Shown here piece by piece: positions 55,801-64,000 of a stretch of DNA of 64,000 nucleotides. Source of the DNA: Caecitellus pseudoparvulus (taxonomy: Eukaryota; Protista; Bigyra: Bicosoecida); NCBI GenBank assembly GCA_965644315.1, contig CBFFRQ010000066.1, positions 186,001-250,000 of the forward strand, given 5' to 3'. The position numbers and the translations under genes were made by a program. Under the pieces are notes generated by a model that saw only the letters and a list, made by a program, of their open reading frames with translations, had not been told where the DNA came from and did not search any database. Position 1 is the stretch's first letter, and the number at the start of each line of letters is the position of its first letter.

Positions 55801-58800
55801 TTCGCTCGTCAATCACAGGCAGGCTGAGGTCTGAAGCACGGGGTGCGGGGAGCTTTGAAGTGGGGCAGGGTGATGATGACGATGACGCTGAGGAATCAGG
55901 GGCTGCTTCTGCCTCCCTTGCCTTGGCGACGAAGCAAAAAGCAAAGGCAGCTGCCACAGCAGGCGACGCGTGGAGAGGGGGCGCGAAGCCTGCCGCAGGG
56001 AGAAGTATGGACGAGCACCTGTTGAAGGCTGATGGCTTACCACCTGCAACGCTGCCAATGACGGTTGCTCCCTGTGCTGCAGACTTTGCGTCTGGCCGTG
56101 CCCATGTCGACGCTGTGACCGGTATCACTTTTGTTCCGCCCCACTTTGCTGCGACGTGCGGCGCCGATGGCAATGTCATCCTGTGGTCCCTTGCCACTGG
56201 GCGATTTGTCCGGACTGTTTACCGCGGCCATGCCAGTCGCACGACTGCTATGAAGCAGGCAACAGCGAGGCAGATGGGCGCCGACCCCGGGGATGAGGAT
56301 GACCGCCACGCATGGCTTGTGGCCAAGCGCCGGGCCTTGCGCCTGGCAGGCATGGACACGGCAGCAGTGTTTCCAGCAAGTGAACTCGAGGCCCTCGTCC
56401 GGCAGCGAACAGGGTTTGAAGGAAAGGCCTTCCTCGAGGGGGATTCCAACGTGGAGACCAACTTGAATGCCGGGTATGACAGCCTTGCCACACCCCCCTC
56501 CTTGGATGTTGCGACCGGGCTGTTGGGTGCTATGCCCGCCGCCATGGAGTGCGTCGCGTACTTGCCAAAGCTGGCTGCTCTCGCCGCAGGTGGCGAAGAC
56601 CCCCTGCTACGGGTGTGGCTCACCGCAGACCCGAGGCACTGGCAGGAGTACTCTCCTGGGACGCCCCGAGGAGAGAGCTTAGTGCGCCTGGCAGTTGATG
56701 AAGCCTCCGATACGCTCGCTGTGGGGGACACCGCTGGGTGGGTTTCTGTGTGGGATGTGGTGCCTTCCCCAGTTGCAGGGGCAGCTTGGAGCGCGGAGCG
56801 CTCTGCAGACCCCAAGCATGGGAGCTCAGCAACTCTGCCCGCTGGTGGCATGGCCCTGCCCCAGGCCTCTGCGGCGACGCTGATGGGAGATGGGGAGCGG
56901 CAGTTCGGGCCGTGTGGCATCCCTGGCCAGCTGCGCCTGCTGGCCAGGTGGCAAGCCCACCGCAGGTCGGCGACGGTGGCGCGGGATGCATTCACTGCAA
57001 TATCCAGCACCGACGCAGCGGCTTCCAAGCCCCGCATTGCGTCCCTGGCCTTCGTCGACTCCCCCCTGCTCATGGACGCTTTCCTTGCGACAGCAGCAGC
57101 AGCCTCCGCGGTGAAGCTGTGGACGCTGGGCGGGCAGCTAGTGGGCGTGTTTGGTCACGCGCACTTAGGCACATGGGATCTGCGAGACCCGGGGACATTC
57201 TACTACGTGAAAGAAGCACGCGCACTGCACAGACGCCTGCAGCGGAAGCTGGACGCAATCGTGTCCCGCAAGGCTGCCAAGGCAGCAAAGGGCAAGCAAG
57301 CCCGGGATGAAAGCAGCAAGATGCCTGATGATGACGAAATGAGGCTGCTGCGGCAGCAGAGCTGGTGTCTAGAAGTGGCCCACGGAACCTCCACCCTGCG
57401 TGAGTTGCAACAGTCAGCCATGGCGGATACGGAGCGCAGGGCGGCACAACTTGCAGGGACGCCGGCTGGAACTGCGGCGGAGAATGCCTTGGCGCGCATG
57501 CGGGAAGCCCCACCCACTCTGCCCTTGGACCAGGACGTGTTCCCCTCCTTCGCGACGGCAGTCGCACAACGGGCGGCTTTCGTAGGAGAAGGCGGGCCGC
57601 TTCCGGATGCAGGCGCAGGGGTGGCTTTGCCGCTCTTGCCTCCCATGTCGGGTGAGATGTCACAGCTGCCCAAGCCGCCTGGCCTTGCGCCTGGCGAAGG
57701 CGGTGCCCCCCGCTCACAGGACGCATCCACTGGGAGCCTCGCACATGCGACTCAAAGCGCATCACTGCCTCTCCCCCAACCTGGCCAAGTGTGGGTGCAG
57801 GTTGTGGTGGAGGGGGGAATCAAGGCCCGAAACGCGGCACGAGAACGCATGGCACGTACCGGCGCTTTGGAGGGCGATGAGTCCTCTGTGTCGGCGGGTG
57901 GCCACTGGCAAGGCTCCTTGGATCTGCGGAAGGTTACAGCAATCATGACTGTCGAGCGAATCACCAAGGATGCAGTGATCGGGTGGGACGGCTCCCCGGC
58001 ACCCCTGTGGATGGCACAGGCGGGAGCTGCAGCGAAGGAGCAGCATGTTGACTCCCCCCAGCGCCGCAAGCACAACCGCACCGGGACTCCTGCACACCGA
58101 CGATTCGTCGCCGCAAGCAAAGCGGTCGCTCTCGTCGGCGGCCGGGGTGGGCGAAAGCGCATCACTGTGCTGGAGGGTGGGGCCACTGGCGGCCCTGGCT
58201 TGGGCCGTCGGCGCATCATGGTTCCCCTTCAGGAGTTTGTATCCCCCGATGTGCGGGATGGGCACCCTTGGATCATGCACGCGGCTCTCTCACAGCGCGT
58301 GGGCCGCATCTTCACACCCTCACCGCGAGATATGAAAGTGGCCGCCTCAGCGGCTGTGGCAGAAGCAGAGCGCCTGGTGGATGGGCGTGTCTCGGAGGGC
58401 TCATACCGGCGCCCTTCCCTGCGCAGTCCGACTGCTAGCCCGGTGCGGGCTTCAAGCCCAGCTGAGTCAGTCACTTCCTCTGGCACTGCCAGCCCAAAAC
58501 GAGCTGGTAGTAGCTTACGCAAGGCGCGATCTCTACGCCATGCGGCCTCTGGGCGGTGGATGGGTGGCTCTGCGAGAACCGCCGACATGGCTGCTGACCT
58601 CGCCCCCGAGGAGGCAGCCGCTCGTGCCCAGAAGGTTGCTGTTGATGCTGCGAGTCAGTCCATTGAAGACCTGCCTTCGGGGCTGCGGAAGCACGCTGAC
58701 ATGTGGGGATGCGCGCTTTTTGCTGCCAACGCAGAGGAAGGGGTGCCTGGCGGGGGAGTTGTGTCCGACCCTTCTGGAGCAGGTGTGATGGCGGCCCCGT

Positions 58801-61640
58801 TCAAAGTCATGGCAGTCTTCCTTGACGTCGCACACACTGAGCACACTGTAACTTCGGTCGGAGCTGGGCAAGATGGAGAGGGGTTTAAGCCTGGTCGGCT
58901 GAAGTACGTGCTGGAGCTGAAGGTACGGGATGTGGCTGGGCGCGTTCACGAGTGTCCCCGACTGCCTCAGTCCCCTGCAGAGGTGGTCATGCCCTACTCT
59001 GCTAAAAGCTACCACGTCGATGCAAAGATGGGCATGTCTTCGGGAGCCAGGCGTGGGAAGGACGTCGCGACGCACTCCGTGTTCCCTGCGCCATCTGCCG
59101 TTTCGGCAGCCTTGCACTTCGGCATGCTGCAGAGCGTGCCGGAGATCCTCGTGCCCCCAGAGGAAGAAAGCCACTTGACGCAGTGGCAACTGGCTACAAA
59201 AGCTGACGCTGCTCCCGGCTGGTTGAGCGTTGCCGGGCCCAGCCTCCCCCCTCGCCACGCCCACGCGTATGACGTCTTTGTGGCACCCTCCCTGACTCGG
59301 CGGGGCCTGAGCTTGTTCCGACGCGATGCTGCTGTTGCCGTGAAGACATGGAGGTGGTGCCAGGCCCGAGAGGGTGCTCCTGCCGTGGCTGGGCTGTGGG
59401 CACCGGCGCTGGAAGCTGCCATGCACGCGGGAGTGGCAGTTGCAGCTGGACGGCACTCTGCAGCACAGCTTCAGGGCCAACAGTCGGCGCTGTTTCGGGT
59501 TGCGACGCTACAGAGCGCTTCCAGTGTGCAGCTCTTCATGGATGGCTCCTTTCCCCGACCCAGCTTTTCTGATGCCAGTGAAGAGGAGCGCGATGCGACT
59601 GCCGCTCATACCGAGGAAGACAGCACAAGGCATTTATCTCTCCCTCTGCAAGGCCCTGTACAGGGCAAAGACCTGCCCCGAGGTCTCGTTCGCGCACCCT
59701 TTTCGCAGCGATCAAGTCGAACGACAGTGGGGGAGCCTTGCGCGGCGGGGGATGAACCTGCAGCTCAGCAGGGGGAAGGAGGGCAGTTGCGGCCCCGGAC
59801 ATCCCTGAACGTGTTCGGCGGCAATGCTTCGGAGGAGAGCAGGGCGCCCTCGGGCACTTCCAGGGCAGCAGCGCCTGCGAGTGTGCCAGGGCTGGGGCGT
59901 GACAGCAGCACTTCCCTATCAGGAGTGCTGTATGGGCACAGCGCGCAGGACTACGTGGCAGCGGGCGACAGCCCAAGGTCGCGCGCCCTTCGACGCCGCG
60001 CGCGCGCCAAGATGGGTATTCGACCAAGTGTAAACGACCCCACTGTGGCGCGGCAAGTGTCCGCTGCCATGGGCCTACTGGAGGCGCACAATGCGAGGGA
60101 GCAGTCCAAGTATGAAGCAGAGGTGAAAGTTGCCCGCGAGCAGGCAGCCCGGGCCGAGGAGGCCCAGGACCAAGAAGGCGCCAGTGACCTGCAAGCACTC
60201 GGGGCGGCAGCCCAGCACGCGCCAGCAGCCTTGTCCCTCGCGGGAGGCGGGTCGGTCGGGGTGAGTGCCTTCAGCGTCAACAGCAAGAAAGACGGCTCAC
60301 CTGAGGACGAGGCTACCGGGCTATCTGACGCGCCTTCTGTGCACACCCTGCATAGCACTGATGTGGCTTCAACCGCGGGGCAGCGTCTTTCAGCCACTGC
60401 GGGTGGCGCTGCCGAGCCTCACAGCATTACGTCTGCGCGGCGTGCTGCTCTGGAGCGCTCGCCAGCTCTTGCACGCGTACTGGGGGGGGACGTGGAGGCA
60501 CGAGCCCAGGCGGTGTTCGACACGTATTCCTTCCTGCGCCGAACCATCGCTGCCTCGTCCGCTGCGTCCCGTGCCCAGGCCGCAGCCGCCGCGCAAGGAG
60601 ACCCTGAAGGGGATGGTTCGGCAGGGCGCCCCGCCACTGCCCCAGGTGATGCTCACGCCGGGCGTGATGAGCTCCTGCACGCTCAGGTCCCGGTCGGTTT
60701 TGGCAGCAAAGTGTTGAAGCCTACAAAGTTTGGGTGGGACCCCGCCAAACACGAGCATGTTCCGAGCGGGCCTGGCATCCGGCGGCGGTATGCAGCTGAA
60801 GGCCAAGGTGCAGCAGCTGACGGCGCTGATGATGACGACCGCATGCACCCTGTCATCGCAAAGTTCTCCACGCCCCCCAAGAGCGCTTCTAGTAAGCGAC
60901 GCTCTGCCAAGGCTGGCACCGATGCGGCGGCACCGGAAGGCTTGCAGCGCAAGCACACTGGGCCAGCTGCAGCTGCAGCGCGTGCTCGGGCTGCACGGCG
61001 GCGGCGCTTTGGCGCCAAGCGCGCTGGGCTACCGTCCTCTTCTGCCACGAGCGATGCACGCCAAGCCCGGCAGCAAGAACGTGAGCTGGCCAGCCGCATG
61101 CGCCGAGAAGCCCTGTCCACAGATGTCGTCCACGATGTCCCGCTGCACGCGAGCACTGCTGGTGTCCTGCGTCAGTCCCGAGTGCCACCCAGCCTGTCGG
61201 AGACGACGCCTGCAGGCCTGCGCAAGTACTTGCCGGAGCACTTGGGCATGGTGGACCAGCCAGTGCCCATGCACTCCATTCCTGCTGAAGGGCACCACCT
61301 TGTTCCGCGTGGCTCGACCAAGGAAGAACGCATTGCCCTGCTCTTCCCCGAGTTCCGCGCTGACTACAGGGAAGCCGTGTCCATGCTGCCCACACACAGC
61401 GGAGGAGAGGCAGCTCAGCGCCTGGAGAAGGCCTTGACGGGCGGGGCTCCGCACGAAGCCCTCCGACCGAATGTCATGGATGAGATGGACGACTCCTCAG
61501 CTTTGGGGGTGGCAGAGTACGTGCGGGCTCGACTGCTGGAATCTCCGCGATCCTCCATCGCAGCGCACAGTGCCGGGTCCAGCCACGACCCTGGCTCAGG
61601 ACGCCTGTCCCCTTCTAATGCGCACCGGTCCCGCAAGTGA
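49855..61640 (+). CDS. Giant EF-hand + WD40-repeat protein (WDR49/WDR64/EFCAB8-like); exons 49855-50103, 50171-50269, 50347-50468, 50546-61640; ~3854 aa
   Basis: The spliced N-terminus gives LFMKIDANSDGAVTWSEFTSFL, the EF-hand typical of this family. Dispersed WD40 repeats follow (GHTDLITHVAF, HSAPVTAVKF...SKDATLRIWN, RRLVTGA...IRVWNF, HVDAVTGITF...GADGNVILWS). The exon-4 acceptor could be 50503 or 50545; an alternative start lies at 49750. Confidence 0.85.
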
Positions 61641-62003
61641 ATGCACCTACTTCCTCTTTCGGGGTGTACATGCAGCTCAGGAGCACCACCAGCTTCTCCC
61701 CTGACCTCGCTTGCTGTGCCCCACAGTGCAAGCTGGGACCACCCAACGGGCAGCCCCACATTCCACTGGAAAAATCAAATGCCAGAGCATGCTAAGAGTG
61801 TGTACAATGCTGCTGGCCAGATCGGGATACAACCTTTCAGGTGGAGCCACCAAGCCGCAGCACGTCCAGAAAGCAGCACCAGCAGCTGTGCGCCTGTAGG
61901 AGCCCAGGCCGTCTGGCGCAAGCCTAGCAAGTGCACAGGATCTCACACACAGTGGCTGTTTTCCCCCCTTTTTCTCCGTTGTCTGTGCTTGCTGACGTCC
62001 AGA

Positions 62004-63583
62004 ATGACTATCGAGGTAGGCTTGTTGCGACGCGACATTCATGGCAACGGCAGCCGCTCCATGTACCTCGTTGCTGCTCCCAGGTCCACAATGAGATGCA
62101 GATGCGGCGATACTTCGTCTCGCTCTGCTCGTGCGGCTGCCTCTTCTGGCTAATCAGCAGCCTTGTGGTGCTGGTCTTGCCTCTGTACCTGGGCATCTTG
62201 ACGCACGGTGCGTGGTGGCGTTTCACGCTGTAACGCCGCGCAGCTGCACAGCTGCTTCAAGCGCTTTCACAGGCTTTTGGATCAAGGACATCACCGTGTA
62301 CGAACAGCCTGAAGTGGATTTTCAGAGCAAACTTATTTTCCAAGCGTCTGTGAGTCAAACCTGTCGCTGCGTGCTGGCGTGAAATGGTCCCAACGGCCTT
62401 GGCCCGCCTACGGCCTGCAGGGCACCTCCACTCACGCTGATGGGAGCACATCTCCACTCAGCCTGGCATTTACCTCGTCTCCCCATGCGAACTCTCTCCT
62501 GGGCGACTCGTTCCGGCCTGCGACTGTGAGGGTGAGTGCTGGGGCGATGCTGGCGGTTGTGCTTGTTGCGTGCCATGACAACGCGCCCGGCTTCGTGCCC
62601 CGCAGGCCATGCCGACAGACTCCAACCTAGATGGGCTTGTAGACGAATGGAGCATCTCTGCCGCCTTTCCCTTGCAATCTAATGAGGTTGTGAACAGCGT
62701 CCGGCTCACTGCATTCTTCCAAGTCGAAACCAACGTAAGGCTGCAGGTACCCCTCCCAACTCCAGTCGCAACACAAACCACGCGTCACGCCCCCTTATCG
62801 AAACAGGATGTAGCCCGGATTCGAACTGATGGCTTCTTGACCATGGATGTGTCTGGCACTTCGGGGGGGACTGGGGCAACCGCATACGGAAGCGTTGCCT
62901 TCGACCAAGCTGCCCGCATCCCCAGCACAGGTGGCTACCTGCTGCCTGAACTCGGCGCCGCAATTCTTGACTTGGATACCATTTCGTCTGTCCGAGAGCT
63001 CGAGCCAGTTGCCCTTTTGCGCAGGTCCAGCCAAAGAAACTGTACGTGCACAGTCTGCTGCTGGCCGGGCGCTGATTTTGGCGCGAACCGGTCGCCGCCC
63101 CGCGCAACCGCAGACACCATTTCGTTCCAAACTGTTGGCCCTGCGGCTTGGCAAGCAGAGACGGGCTACAAGCCGGTGCTGCCTGCTGCGGCAAGCAGCT
63201 CTGGGGCGCAGGGACTGCCCTCGACGCCACGGTCATTCACGGCCACGATGCAAGCTCGAGTCAAGACAGTTCCACTATGGTATGTGACTGAGTCTGGTTT
63301 CTTCACACGGCGCGCTGTAAAACTTCGCCCCCGTGCGCCGCAGGGTTCGTCCACCACTGTCCCAAGTGCTCAAGGGGGGACTGGTGCAGTACCTGGCCTT
63401 GTGGTTCCTCATCTACATGGCCGCGCGCTTCATCAACGTGCGTGCATAACAGCGCTGCGCCTCCTGCCTGCCGTGCACCAAGCTGCCTCTTCTCCAACAC
63501 AGAGCTTCTTGTATGGAGAGCGGATCCTTTTTGCCACTCGCAGAGATGACCTCCCTGGCGGCCGCAAGGCTCACATGAGCTGA
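62004..63583 (+). CDS. TMEM231: Transmembrane protein 231, ciliary transition-zone MKS module; about 9 exons (first five begin at 62004, 62084, 62273, 62421, 62606)
   Basis: The spliced product MTIEVHNEMQMRRYFVSLCS...TM...THGFWIKDITVYEQPEVDF...LLGDSFR...DSNLDG...FPLQSNE...LVQYLAL matches TMEM231 motifs (GFWxK, EQPxVxF, DxNxDG, PLQSxE, VQY). Confidence 0.9.
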
Positions 63584-63598
63584 GGAGAGGCGAATGTA

Positions 63599-63965
63599 TC
63601 AAGATAAAGGCTTCATCTTTGCCAGCTTCAGCACGAGCTCCACATCATCATGCACAAGCTGGCCGCCTTGAAACACCTCAGCCAAAGCCACAAAGGCTTT
63701 CCCGCTGTTGTCCCTCACAGAGTCCACGGAGCATGCTGAACCGCAGGTGCCACGCAATATACCTAGCAGTACGGGGAGAGCACTTTCCACTGGCGGGGGG
63801 GAGTTGGGCAGGGGGAGTGCAGGACACTGCACGCCATTCCACCACTATCGTGGAGTTTCGCATGAAACGTGCGCAAACTCACATTCGGCCTCATCCGTGT
63901 CGCCCTCTCCTACAAGCAGGAGAGCAAGATCAGCCATCGTGCAGTCCACTAAGACTGTTCGGTGT
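63599..63965 (-). CDS. 3' part of a sigma/zeta-type adaptor small subunit, most like TSET/TPLATE subunit TSPOON/LOLITA; exons 63965-63883, 63789-63599; 5' end outside the window
   Basis: Spliced HRTVLVDCTMADLALLLVGEGDTDEAELESALPVLLGILRGTCG...DNSGKAFVALAEVFQGGQLVHDDVELVLKLAKMKPLS follows the longin pattern LVG-x-x-x-x-DE, CG, D-x-x-G[KR]...L-x-E...G-x-L, L-x-[KR]-[LM]KP. Intron GTGAGT...GCCAG at 63882-63790. Confidence 0.7.
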
Positions 63966-64000
63966 CTGCGACAGGGGAAGTGTTTGTTGCCGGGAGGCCT

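Overview
Gene-dense, GC-rich eukaryotic nuclear DNA with the standard code and short GT-AG introns (63-146 nt). I reconstructed the introns by hand from frame switches between ORFs. A ciliary transition-zone gene (TMEM231) points to a flagellated protist. The very long Ala/Gly/Ser-rich ORFs resemble heterotrophic stramenopiles such as bicosoecids, but that is inference only. Sixteen protein-coding genes are supported, in order: DNAJC3/P58IPK, a 40-aa OST4, a PanB-PanE fusion with a mitochondrial-type leader, a ~2,890-aa EF-hand protein, an SLC43-type MFS transporter, a JMJD6-like JmjC enzyme, four paralogous multi-C-type-lectin mucin-stalk receptors, a small possibly cystatin-like ORF head-to-head with a true cystatin, a polytopic class-3 lipase, a ~3,850-aa EF-hand/WD40 protein, TMEM231, and the 3' end of a TSET sigma-like subunit. 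The most striking element is the ~27-kb receptor cluster (17268-43955). Its four type-I membrane proteins each have 7 CTLD-like modules, a Ser/Thr/Pro stalk, an unannotated 'RRL' juxtamembrane domain, one TM helix and a long disordered tail. They are highly diverged yet share two intron positions; one carries a recent 54-bp VNTR and only one module in the cluster keeps a QPD sugar-binding motif. I found no rRNA, tRNA, CRISPR array or transposon.
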